From positions 62,001-126,000 of the forward strand of contig CDMY01000164.1 in NCBI GenBank assembly GCA_001179505.1: DNA of 64,000 bases, read 5' to 3'. The translations under genes were made by a program, and so were the position numbers. This DNA is from Vitrella brassicaformis CCMP3155. Taxonomy: Eukaryota > Protista > Chromerida. The notes beneath the pieces are model-generated. The model saw only the letters and a program-made list of their open reading frames with translations. It had not been told where the DNA came from and ran no database searches. Positions 23,100 through 35,830 of the stretch are shown one piece after another (position 1 is the stretch's first letter; each line of letters starts with the position of its first letter).

Positions 23100-24856
23100 C
23101 TACGCCCCACTGCCCCGGCCCCCAGCCAGCCTCACATAGCAGTCGTCAGCAACGCCTCCCCCCTTCCCCTCTCCCTCCCCCTCCCCTGTGCTGCCTTGAT
23201 GCGTGTGATGATGACCATGCGATGCCACCCCTCGCCCTCCCACGGGCCTCACCTTGCGGACATTCTCCTCATGCCGCCGGTCGCGGGCGCCCCTCGCCTG
23301 TGTCCGGTCGGCTCCACTGGACGGAGCTTGTGGCTGCTGGGCGATGGACACGACTATGACGCCGACGAAGACCAATAGGCTGCCGAAGAGATACATCCAT
23401 GTGAACCTGACACACACACACGTAAGTCAACAAACAGACATACAGACATACAAAGGGGCGTGGCGTGTTGCCGGTGTCAGTGTGGCGTCTTCGCCCGCTT
23501 ACTTGTGTTCTTTGAGTACGATGGCGTCTGCGATGAGAGAGACGGGGATCTGCATGGAAAGGCCCACGGTGGCGATGACGGGCGACAGCAGGATTATGGT
23601 CATCGCCCACAGATAGTCACTCAACACTGTGCCCAGTAGACCTGACACACGGATAGATGGATGGATGGATGGAACACACAGCCTTAGAAGGGTGTGGTGT
23701 GTGCATCTCCCGTCCCTGTCCGCACCGTTGAGCATCAGGAACCCCCATATGCTCCATGACGGCATCCGAAAAGACTCTATGCCCGTCAGGTCTGCAATCA
23801 GCAGCAGGGGAGGACCCACAAGAGCAATCACAATCCCGATGCACCTGCACACACACAACAGACAGACAGACACACACACAGACACACACAGACAGGTGAG
23901 CCACTCCATCAGGGATTTCCACGTCTGCCAATCTCGCCCACCCAAAGAAGAAGCCCATATCGATGTCGCGGTCATCAGGCGCCTGCTTCTTGAGCAGCGT
24001 GGTGAAGAAGGCATAGCACACGGCCGACAGCACGGCCAGACTTTGCCCCCAGAGGGTGCCCTTGATGTGCTCCCCGATGGTCGCCGGCGTGTTGAGCTCG
24101 ATCAGGATGACGCCCACGAAGGACACGCATATGGCGAGGAAGGTGGGCATGTGGAAGCGGTCCCGCAGGATGACCAGGGTCAAGAAGTAAGTGAAGAAGG
24201 ACGACGTCGACGAGAGGACCGTGTTGGTCGCCACGCTCGTGTGAAGGAGGCTCGTGTTGAACGTCAGCTGCGCACCTGATCAATCCATCCATCAGCAAGA
24301 TGCAGAAGAATACAGAGTGCTGCAGGTCGGTGGCCTTGGGTGCGTCGGTCGGCGAGTGGCGGCTTGGCTTACCGAACCAGAGGAGGCCGAGTGGCACCGC
24401 CAGCTGCATGAGTGCCTTCCGCGGGATGGCCTCTGCCACTTCATAAGGCGATCTGCTCTCCTCCTCCTCCTGCAGTATGTCCACCAGCCCCTGACGCACC
24501 AGCCGGTCACGACGCCTCTTGGACAAATACGAACGAACCAAAGACGGACCTGACCACACACAGCACACAGAGAGAGAGAGATGCAACAGAGAGAGAGGTT
24601 TGGCACATCAAATGCCCGGTTTCTCATGCAGCATGAATGCCGCCCTCATCCCATCTCATCTCTCACCGAGGAGCAGGATGGAGAGGACGGTTTGGACGAC
24701 GGTCATAAGGAGGGGTTTCTCGTACTTGACGTCCTCGAATATCTTTTGTATGAGGATGCTGGAGCCCACCCACAGCAGAATGACGCCGCCCAAGATGGTG
24801 AAACCCAACGCACGCCGCGACGCCGCACCAAACGAGCCGAGACCCAGAGTCGCCAT
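23100..24856 (-). CDS. Drug/metabolite (EamA/SLC35F5-like) transporter
   Basis: Multiple TM exons: ILGGVILLWVGSSILIQKIFE..YEKP, TSVATNTVLSSTSSFFT, LAVLSAVCYAFFTTLLKK..DMGFFFG, VLSDYLWAMTIILLSPVIATVGLSMQIPVSLIAD, typical of SLC35F. The 3' end may splice further downstream. Confidence 0.8.
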
Positions 24857-25132
24857 CAGGGAACCAGACGTGGAACCAGCGCTCGTGTGATTATGAATGA
24901 ACCTTCTGCTCTTCTCTGCTGACGAGTTGACACGTGGAGAAGGGAAGAGCACTTGGTGGAGAAAAGATGGTGCTAAAGGGAAAGCTCGCAGAGAGTTACG
25001 TGAAACGCATCGCGACCGGGGTTAAAACATGGATAAAAAGGGCTGAAAGGTGGCGGACGATGCCATCCTGAGTGCCCTGTGACCAACCCACCTGTTTGCC
25101 GGTCCGCATCTGTGTGACATCTGCCGCCCAGC

Positions 25133-28100
25133 ATGGCCAAGAACGAGGGCAGCTCCAAGCGGGATGCGGACGACCTGGTGGAGGACATCTTCATGTCCCT
25201 GCTCTTCGGGGTCATCAGCGCCCTGTCCCTCATCATCGGGGCCTTCATCGGCATCGTGCGCCTGCCGCCCCTCACCGTCCGGGCGGCACTCATGGCATTC
25301 GGTGGCGGCGCCCTCCTCTTCGCCCTCACACTGGAGCTCTTCGGACACGCCGTACACGAGCTCGAGGAACACGAAGTCTTCGGTAGGGGGGGGAGGAAGG
25401 GGAAAGAGGAAGAGCCCCGCGCAAGGCGCGTCCATCCATATGTTTCTTTCCATCCATCTGTGGTGTGGGCAGGTCGGAAGCTCATCGGCACCATGTTTGG
25501 GGCATCGCTTGGCGGCGGTCTTTTTTTCGCGGGTCTGAACCGCATTCTCAACTCGCAGGGTGCGTGGATCCGCAAGCCGGCGCTGGTCAAGGCGTCGTTC
25601 GACAAGATCCGCCGGCTCTTCGCCAGCACCATCGTCAAGCGGCTGCGCAAGATACCCATGTTCCAGGACCTCCCCGACGAGGAGCTCTACAGACTCGTGG
25701 AGGAGATGCAGACTGAACGGTAAGAGGAGATGCAGACTGAACGGTAAGATCATCGACAAGGCGGGGAGGAGCGAAAAGACAGTTTACACATTCCACCCAT
25801 CTGGTCCATCCGTCCATCCGTCCATCCATCTATGTGTGTGCAGTTATCGGAAGGACGACGTGATATTCCACGACCTGGACGAGTACACGTCTCTCTATGT
25901 GGTGGTGACGGGCCAGGTCATGATCGAGCTCAAGGAGGACAGGGCGGCCACACTCGCGGCCGACCCAACCTCCTTCCGCAAACTCAAGGAAGATATCGAT
26001 AAGCACCAGCAGCAGCAGCAGCAGCAGCAGGAGGGGCAGCAGGAGGAGGGCGGGGAGGGAGGTGTGGCTGGGGGTGAGGCGAGCAAGAAATACGAGGTGG
26101 GCAAGAGCCACCGCCGCGCGTCGGTGCGCAAGTCGGAGATCCTGGAGGTGTTCATCGCTGGTCAGTGGTCGGCTGGATGGATGGATCGGAGGGGCGGGGG
26201 ATGGGGGGCATGGATGTCGTATCTGTGTGGCATCTATGTTGTGTCAGGTCCCAACGATTTGTTTGGTGAGATGTCTCTGCTGGCTGGCGTGTCGCTGCGT
26301 GCCGAAGCGACGGCCATGGAGCCGACCAAGGTGCTGCGCATACCTAACTCAGCCATGCACCGACTACTCGCTTCAAGTACACTGCACCCAACCAACACAC
26401 ACAGCATGCCGCATCCACGTCCATCCATCGAACCATCAGGCACGGCGTTGCAGGAGAAGGTAGCGGCAATGGCGATCAAGAACTTCCAGGAGGAAGAGGC
26501 CTTCAAAGACGTACCTGCAGGTCGGGCGGGGGGGTGGGGGCGACACACAGAGGTCCCATGGAGTGTGATGTGTGTATGTTGGTTGTTTGTGTGTGGGGGT
26601 GCAGAGGTGCTGGTTCAGATGACCAACTACATGCACCACGAGGAGATCCCCGCGGGCGAGGTCATCTTCGTCGAAGTCGACCACACCACACCCATCTACT
26701 TCATCGTTTTCGGAGAGGTACACACCTCAATGACAGACAGACAGACAGACAGACAGACAGCAGGCAGCCAGAGAACCAGAGACGGTTGTGAATGTGTGTA
26801 TTGTGTGGTGTGTGGGTGTCAGGTTCAAGTGACGTATGTCGATCAGCGTGTGGACCAATTGGGCTCCCACGACCTCATCGGCCTGGACCACCTACAGACC
26901 GGCAAAACCGTCCAGTAAGCCTCTCTCCTCCCCTCCCCTCACACACACGTTGAGACACGTGTGTGTGTGTCACGTGGGCAGGGCGACGGCGATAGCTACG
27001 GAGCAGACGACGTTGCTGAGGTTGACGCGTGAGGACCTGACGCACATAGTGGAGACGGGCGATAAGGGCAAGGCGCTGCAGCGGGCGCTCGAGAGTGTCC
27101 CCAACAAGGAAATCACCAGACACGAGTCCGTGCGAAAGAGCAAAGTGGTCCCGAGTAAGCAAAGCCAAAGCGAGCCACTCATAAACAACCACCAACACGT
27201 GAACTGTGTGTGTATCGTGGCTACATATCTGCACCAACCGACCGTCGTGTGTCTGAGATAGAGGTGTCGCAGCAGCGTGCCCTGGGGTGGGAGCGCATAC
27301 CGTCCGATGTGGTCAGTCACATCACAGACAGATCTCTGATCCACACACCACACCCACATCCATCCCCGCTCATCTGAATGTCTATCGATGTGTGTGGCCT
27401 GCCTGCCTGCCTGCGTCAGAAACCCGAGGATTTGGAGGGCATGCAGCACGACCAGATCCGGCACATGCTCAGCAAGGCACACGACAGTCAGCTACCTACC
27501 CACCCACACCCGCCCCAGATGTCACTGACCCCTCCCTCCATGTGTGTGTGTGTGTATCAGCATCGAGCCGTAGCGTTCATGAAGGAGACCAAGGACGAGC
27601 AGCAGCAGAAGAAGCTCCGCAAGGGGCGCAGCAGGCTCAGCGTCCTGCTGCCCACCATACCGCAGGAAAAGACCAAGGATTACGTACGTACGCACCGATC
27701 AATGCAATGCACACACAGCCAAGGACAGGACAGGACAGGACAGGCAGGTCAACGGTCGGTCTTTCCAATCTCTCGTCGTCTCACTCAGGAGGAGTTGTTA
27801 GAGGACGACGCCGACCCCGTCGCAGAGGCAATTATCCATCCATCCACACGCACACCCACCCACCCCCCACACCCACCCATCCACCCCTCCCTGTTTGGTT
27901 GCTTTGTCCCCCATTGATTTGGTTGGTGCAGTTGGCCGAGGCCCGTCAGCTGATGATGCAGATCACCGAGGAGGAGGAGGGCCCCACCAGCGCCCGGCTC
28001 GGCCGCGAGATGCTCACCGACATCGCCGCACACGAGGACGTCGAGAAGCCCCACGGCGAGAAGGGCCACGGCCACGGCCATGGAGGGGGCAGCGCGCAGG

Positions 28101-28837
28101 CGGCCGTGATGATATGGCTGGGCATTCTGATCGACGCGGTGCCAGAGTCGCTGGTGATCGGCATTCTGTGGGTCAGCAAGGGGCTGGGGGGCATGCTGCC
28201 CTTCCTCATCGGCGTCTTCCTGTCCAACCTCCCGGAGGCCATGTCCTCCAGCGGCACCATGAGGGTATGTATGCATTGGTCCTGGGGGCACACACACGGC
28301 TCCGTCAGTCAGTGTGTGTGTGTGTGTTTGTAGGCGAGTGGGATGCGTGTGCCGACGATCTACCTGATGTGGACGGGCATAGTGATAGTGACGGGCGTGG
28401 GTGCGGGCATCGGGCCGCCATATTTCCCCCCGGAGACAAAAGCGAGGGAGAAGAGGTCAGTCAGCTCAGCGGAGCGATAGATACCAACTACAATAATGGT
28501 GTGGGTTGGTTGTGTGTGTGTATGTTTGGGGGGCCGCTGTCCGTTTGTCAGTTGGCCATAGGTGCGGTGGAGGGTTTGGCAGCCGGAGCGATGCTGACCA
28601 TGATAGCACAGACCATGCTGCCGGAGGCCTTCGACTAGGCAAGAAAGATCGATGAGACACACTCAGACAGACAGACGCGTGCGTCTCCATGTGTCTGTAT
28701 CTGTGTCTATATCTGTATCTGTGTCTGTGTGTGTGTGTGTGAATGCAATAAATCAGGGCGGCGATGTGGTGGGCCTGTCATGTCTGCTGGGGTTCCTCTC
28801 CGCCCTGGCCGTCAAACTCATACCCATGGACGACTAA
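25133..28837 (+). CDS. ZIP (ZupT/GufA-like) metal transporter containing two cyclic-nucleotide-binding domains
   Basis: TM1-3: SALSLIIGAFIG, ALMAFGGGALLFALTLELF, ASLGGGLFF. CNBD-A: IPMFQDLPDEEL..LYVVVTGQV..LFGEMSLL..RAEA. CNBD-B: FKDVPAEVL..IYFIVFGEV. His-rich PHGEKGHGHGH. TM4-8: LIDAVPESLVIG, FLSNLPEAMSS, EGLAAGAMLTMIAQTMLPEAF. The junctions checked by eye are phase-compatible. Confidence 0.85.
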
Positions 28838-28931
28838 CTAAACCAACTAGTCCACACATATATCGACAGCTTCTGTCCCTACCCTACACCACACCACCCC
28901 GCCCCCCCCCTCCCTCTCTGCGTGGCATCCA

Positions 28932-28962
<31 letters not shown>

Positions 28963-29355
28963 ATGTGTTTTAAGCTCTGCTTGCATTCTGCACAAACATA
29001 GGAAACATAGGAGGGGCATGCACGTGGGTGGATGGATGGGGTGTGCAGAGAGCTATTGGTGGGCGTTGAGGTGGGTGGGTGGATGGATGGATGGATGCGG
29101 GGGTCGTCGGTTTTGCTACGGATTTGGCTGCGATCTCCTTTTCTGTTTATGTGGTGGAGAATTGCTTGACCGAGTTGTCAGTCGGTTTGGCGTGGACTGG
29201 CTGCTTCTCTCCGTTTGTTGCGCCCATTAGCGAGCGGAACTGACGTCAAAGATACATGGAAATGAGAAGTATCACCTCACCGACCATTCTCCGTCCTTGC
29301 ATCCCGCACACGCACACACATGCTGATGATATCCGCGCGCCAATGCACCAATCAG

Positions 29356-32300
29356 TCAATCCAGACTCTGCAGCTCTTTGATGTCGAAATCAATCACGTG
29401 AAACACCTGACACACACACACACGAGACACACGAAGCCAATCCGCCCCCCAACCCTCATCCTCGCTCCCTCCCTCCCTCCCTCTCCTCCTGGCGTCAAAG
29501 ACCTGTGCCAGTGAACTTGGGCAGTAGAGTGCATCGGTCTCCGTGCCACCGGCCATCTCCACATCGATGCAGTAGCACGTCGTCAGGGTGTCGGCCGAGG
29601 TGCCCAGCAGCAGGAGGAAGGCATTAGACACCCACAGGGACAGCACCAGCACAAGGGGCAGAGACATGACGGGCGAGTGGTGAGCTCGCGAGTGGAGCGA
29701 CGTCTCGATGCCCAGCAGGTAGTGCACTACCGTGAACTCATCTGCACGTGTGGGTGTGCACACACACACACACACAGAAAGAGAGAGAGAGAGAGAGAAT
29801 CCTCCTCTGTGTGTGCGTGCGTTGTGTGTGTGGGGGAGCGAGCAGCTGACCTACCGGCCCCCGGAGCTCTGAAGGTGATGTATGCGAGGAATATGACGAC
29901 GACGGCTATGATGAAGTTGAGGATTTGGGCCACGGGGATCTTGTCGCTCGACAAATGGGGGATCTTGCCTGCAGCCATCACACCCATACCATCCAGGTAG
30001 GGTAGGCACCAGCCGACACACAGCCAAGAGACATGTACACGTCTACCTACCGAAGTTCCGATTGAGCAGTGCTTCGATCCTGAGGGCGGCCTGCATGTAG
30101 GGGTACCCCAGCAATGCAACCTACACACAGGCGAAAGGCGCAAGACCACGCATTGGCCGCAACCATTATATTTCGGTGCGTCTCCCTCCCTCCCTCTCAC
30201 TGACTGACCATGACGTATGCCGAGTCGGTGAAGTACCTCATGACCCGCGTCTCCAGGGCTATCAGCGGCATCAACACATAATACAACACTCTGATGGTTG
30301 GTTGGTTCGTTGGTTGGTGCACAGACAGACAGAGAGACGTCCCACATACACACACACACACATGAACCGGATGTGCCTTTCATGTCTCTCCCTGCCTCTT
30401 CACGTCGTTACATGCCTGTGTGTCTGCGATTCCGAAGGGTCGAATTCTGCCGGTATGAGGGGGGTCAGAATATACCGCAGCACCCGCACCGGCAGATTCA
30501 GCAGAGAACCAAAAGCCAAAGTACCCTGCACGCACAGCCACACACACACACACACACACCCAGACCACAAACAACGCCTCACACCCATGGATTTCCCGAA
30601 TGCCGTCGTGTGAGGTGACAAAGGGACCAGGTGGAATCTTAGATTGAGCATTCCCTGCAAGGCCTCCGACCCGATGTTGATCGTCCCATCGGGCGTGAGC
30701 AGCCCACCACGGGGCTTCACGTCTTCGCCGCCATACCCTGCACGAGACACACACACAAACATACATACAGACACAAAGGGGTGGGTGACGGACAAGGAGG
30801 ATTCTCTGCTCGCCTGATATCAGTGAGGGTGCTGCAGTGCTCCTCCCCGCTGCGATGGATGCAGTGCCGGCTGTGCGGGCGGTGTGCAGCAGGTGGGGGG
30901 GCAGACGGAAGTAATTCGCACACAACACTGCGCACACACAGGAACATTTTGTCGTGTGTCCTGGCGACCCGTCTCAGCCCTTCCCTCCGCCACCTGATGC
31001 GGCGACGAATTTGACGCACGCGGCGAGGAATTCGAGTGCCCACACGAGCAGAAAGCTCCACAGGATGAAGTAGAGGAGGAACACCGCACTGAACGACCTG
31101 CGGGCACCAAGAGGGGAAAGAGGGGAAATGGGTCTAAGGATCCAGCCATCCATCTGTCTGTCTAATGATCGTTGCCGCTGATACTGACATGGTCTTGACG
31201 GTCTCGATTTCGCCGAAGAGCTCCACCTCGGTCGAGCGCGGGCTGCCGCGAACAGACATCAATACATACGCAGATTTCACACTTGATGCCTTCCGTGTGT
31301 CCGTCCATACCTTCTGACCCCCATGAGCAGGACAGCCACCTGGGCCCACTGCACGATAAGGAAGAGCTCTGTCACCGACAGCACCAGCACGAGCACCAGC
31401 AGCAGGGGCGACTTGGCGACGTACCCAATGGTCCCCCTGAATATCCTGAACAGCTCCGCCCGGTACCTCAGCGACCGCATCGACACCACCAGCACCACCA
31501 GCCCCAACACGGCCAGGCCGTACTTGAGCAGCGGCGCCAGCTGCAACGAGTAGAAGTGCGCCTTCTCGAACACTATGTCCCTGATACACACATAGACAGA
31601 CACGCAAGTCTCACACACGGAGATAGATGACAACGCCCAAGACCCCTTACTTTGCGAATCGTCGCTGGTCGACGTGAATGAGGTATGCGAGGTAGAAGAG
31701 CAGCCCACACCCCACCACCACACACCCGATGGCTGTCACAGTCGGCATCGCGCGAATCGCCATGATGGCCACGGCCCCCAGCAGCAGAGAGGTCGACAGC
31801 ACGGCGGCCAGCAGCTGCGGATTGGAGAAGACCGTCGCCCACGCGTGGTAGAGCTCCTGCTGCAGCGAACCGTAGGTCACGGCCTCGCCAGCTATGTCGT
31901 GGTCCATCGGGAGGCAGTTGTAGTTGATGCCCAGCACCGACGCATACGAGTGGTGCGTGTAGAGCTTCGCCATGGGCCCATCGGGCACCGTGAAGGTCAG
32001 TCCCTCTGCGCCGTTGGGGCATTCCTTGACGCACACGCGGATGTCGCTCATCAGGGGGTTGGGGAAGTAGCCGTAGGGCTTGTCCGACACATCCGGGTCC
32101 AGACCACACATGGCGCCTGCAACACACACACACGTGTGTGCATCGTCCCTCTCCGCCTCCCTCTCCCTCTCCCTCTCACCGTTGAAGTCAGTGGGGTAGA
32201 AGAGTCTGTGCGGGTTGCCGTACTGTTGGGCCTCGCCGAAGATGAACAACGCGAACAGCACCGCACCGGCAAGGATGAAAAGGCCGAACACGTCAGTGCA

Positions 32301-32669
32301 CCGCCGACGTGTGGCCAGCCCGTCCACCTCCTGAGTGAGTGCAGCGATGGATAGATGGACACTGCATGGGCAGAAACCGTGGCATCTGCGGCTCGGGCGC
32401 ACCTGTCTGCCAAAGACGGAGAAGGCTTCATCCTCTGAGATGAGATACTGATACGCCACGCCCTCCGACTCATCAGCCAGCCTGCACACACACCGCACAC
32501 CACATTGAAGAGAAGAGGACTTCTGATGGCCATGGAGATCTTTCGGTATTCCATCCATCCATCCAATGGGTTACCCGCGTCCTTTCTTGGTTTTGCCCCT
32601 GCCGCCTCGCTTGAGGCGCTGGTGCCGCCTGCTCGGCAAACCAACCGCAGCAAACCCCTCAACAGCCAT
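29356..32669 (-). CDS. Choline-transporter-like protein (CTL/SLC44, PNS1 family)
   Basis: RRCTDVFGL, YGNPHRLFYPTDFNGAMCG, VCVKECP, GTLAFGSL and SADTLTTCYCID..LYCP are family hallmarks. Many TM exons. The start at 32669 was chosen by phase compatibility. Confidence 0.85.
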
Positions 32670-33067
32670 CAGTGCAGCCCTCGGATAGTTTCAGATTCTC
32701 GCCGTCGGAGACGGGCCCCCAGAATTAAAATTGAGTGCGTCTTCCCCGAAATTGCCCGGAATTGCCCGGAATTGCCTTCCTCGCTCGTTCTCCTCCTCGT
32801 CGGGGCGCCACAGCTAGGAATCTTCTTCCGGTATTCGTCCGCCACGCAGCATCACGCAGCCCGGACGGCGCCTTCTCCACCACCGCGCACATCATCGTTG
32901 CTGCTCGATGATGTGCGCGTGTCCGTTCTAACTTCCTTCCTTGGCAACGCCAGAGGCGAACTCGAGCCGCGACGCCCAAACTATTGCGAGGCTCAACACA
33001 AAGCAAGGAAGAGCTTGACGAGGTCAAAGCAGAGAACTGATGCCGTCCGTCTTCCCTCTCTCCCGAG

Positions 33068-34298
33068 ATGGAGGGTTTCTTTGTCTGCGGCTGCGGCCGA
33101 GTGCTCCCTGACTTCGTATGGTACGACGACATCAACGGCATGCATACCTTCATCGCACACGTCTTCGCCGTCTACTGCAGGCGCCGGAATGCTACGACTT
33201 CAAGTACGGAAAGGCCTCAGATATGTTCGCAGTGGGCGTCATCTTGTGAGCCCACGTCAAGCTTCTTTGAAATGGCATGCATTTATCTCTGTTGTGTGGC
33301 TTCCTGCAGATTCATGTTAATCTACAACGAAATGCGATGGGAACTTGACGAGGCCATATATATATATGAGGAAATCCCTTCTTGTCTCCTGTCGTCATAC
33401 GATTGCCTTTTCCTTCCAGCCGACGGTGAGGGTAACGAAGAGCGGCAGACGAGGCCTCCCACTTTCCCCACGCTGGGCAGGAGGCTTAGTCTCGCCCTGG
33501 TCGCCCAGCAACAGAGCAGCAGCAGCCGGAGTGAAGAACGACCGCACGGCCATCATTCTGGAGGAGGGTGTGGTGAACAGCAATGACTACAAGGAGCTGA
33601 TGGAGGTCGTCCACAACCTGCACCTGCCGACGGCCATCCTGTTTCTCCCCAAGCGCACCGCCACCGCCATCCTGCACACGTACACGACACTGGCTGGGTA
33701 CACCCCGGTTGAGGCCCTTATCTTCCATGACGAGCACAAGAGCAAGGAGGAGCTGAACGGCATCGGCATCGCAGGCGTCGAGATCGGAGTGGCCGTCACC
33801 GACGTGGCCAACATGCCCATCGAGCCGCAGCAGCAGCACCTCGCCCACGTCGCCCCCAGCATCCCCAAACAGGCAGACTTCCACCTCCTCATGACCACCT
33901 ATGCTCCCTTGCCAGGGGTGCGTGGGTGGTCATGCCCCCAGGATCTCCGACCGGTCTGCCCCCAGCCCATGACGGGGCCATCAGCGCGTTTGCTCGAGAC
34001 TACGGCTACGGCTTCGCACTTCAGGGCATGGAGGAGTAAGTACGCCAGTAAGGCGATAGACTGCTGGGGAGATGTGGGTGATGACATAAGACGACAAGAG
34101 GTCCGACACCACAAAGATATCCACGAGCTCAAGGTAGTTGAAATTCAGGCACATGAGGACGTTCCAGCTACTGTTGTGCGATATCTTGGTGCATCCACCT
34201 CACAGGGCGGAGACTCGCCACTGGTACGCATACACAATGCACATGACCTGCAGATGTGCTCTTTCTTGATCTCTGTTTCTTCAGGCTCTTCAGCGTAG
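33068..34298 (+). CDS. Hypothetical protein
   Basis: Long coding-like ORF (RTAIILEEGVVNSNDYKEL..). The 5' part is homologous to the Cys-rich exon at 35287. No family recognised. Confidence 0.35.
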
Positions 34299-34895
34299 GG
34301 ACACCAGAGAGCTCACAGTCTCGGGTGGCGCTGTCGAGCCGAGAAACCTGCGGACAGAAGGACGGCCCCGAACACTTGCATTCTCCAAGCAGAAGGTACT
34401 GCAGCTTTCTGCCGCCAGCATATTATCTCTTTCCGTCTGTCCTCGTCAGCCGGCAGTCAAAAAAGAAGTGAATACTCAAGAACCAACTAGACAACCTATG
34501 ACGAGAGTGCCGCAACGTAAGTAGCAAATTCGACACTCAAGGACGTGACACATGCACACTTGTGTTTCGTCTGTGGTGTCTCGCGCACGAACATTAATCA
34601 GGCGTGGCCATTCGACCGACCAACCAACGCGCCGCCCAACACCCACTCCTCTCAGCAACCACACACACCAGGCAAGTCAAATGACTCATACGAGTCTTAT
34701 GTGTGCATGTACGGGTTCTCCTATCTTTCTGTGCTTCCTTACACGACCAGGGCAAGAATCGATGCAAAGAGAAGAAAAAGCTGACAGAACATCTACTGTA
34801 GTAGGAGACACCTGGCGTCGCCCCTGTGTCACTGAATCGACACAGACGACGATTGAGGTCAAGGGATCTGTGGTTATGTCCACTTCTTCGTGTAG

Positions 34896-35830
34896 GAATA
34901 CGAAGAGACCAAGGAAGAGCTCAGCCGCCGCAACGCCGAGGCCAATGCCTTCCGGGAGGAGGCCATGGGAATCATCGCGCGACAGCAAGAGGCAATTCGG
35001 TGCGCCATGGAGAGAATCGATAGGCTGGAGGCGTCGGGGGAGGCGAAAAGGGTGCAGTCGGTCGGTGTCCAGGCGAAGGTGTTAGAGGGTCCACAGAAGC
35101 AGAGGGGCAAAAGCCTCGACGAGAATGCATCCGTCTTGACCTGTATGTCTGTCTCCACCTCTCTCCCGGTCTGCAGCTCCGTCACTGACCCTTCTGCAGG
35201 GTGACAACCAAGACGAAGGCTCCAGCCGGCAGAGAGGGTCAAGGCCAAGGCATATCAAAACGGCCGAAATGACCCTCTCTCTCGAGATGGAGGGTTTCTT
35301 TCTCTGCGGCTGCGGCCGAGTGCTCCCCGACTTCGTCAGCCAGTGTCCGGAGTGCAAGGCCCTCGAGGTAAAGCTCCTCCCACGCCTGCTTGATCCACTC
35401 ATCCATCCATCCATTCGTTCCTTGTCCCCTGTTGTCATACGATTGTCTTTCAGCCGACGGTGAGGGTAACAAAGAGCGGCAGACGAGGCCTCCCACCTTC
35501 CCCACGCGTCACATCCTTCCTCTGTGTCTGCGTTTGTCCACCTGCATGTGTGTGTGGGCAGGCGGAGGAGGCGCCAAGAAGAAGGCTAGCTGACTATAGT
35601 CCAGCGACCATACCATCAAAGAAATGCGCTGTCTGCTGTCTGTCTGTGTGTGTGTGTGTGTGTGTGTTGTGTGCAGGCAAGAAGGGACCCGCGGCGAGCA
35701 GCATCCAGCAGGTGCTGCACGTCGTCGGGCCCAACCTGCTGCGGCAGCAGGTGGCCAAGAGAGGGGCTGGTGGCACCTTCGATGGCCATCGAGTGGCACA
35801 ATCAAGGGAAGCCCAAGGACTACGGCCTCG
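34896..35830 (+). CDS. Hypothetical coiled-coil plus CxC..CxxC zinc-ribbon-like protein (internal exons only)
   Basis: Exon EYEETKEELSRRNAEANAFREEAM..AK splices in phase 0 to GDNQDEG..FLCGCGRVLPDFVSQCPECKALE. The gene ends are not resolved. Confidence 0.4.
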
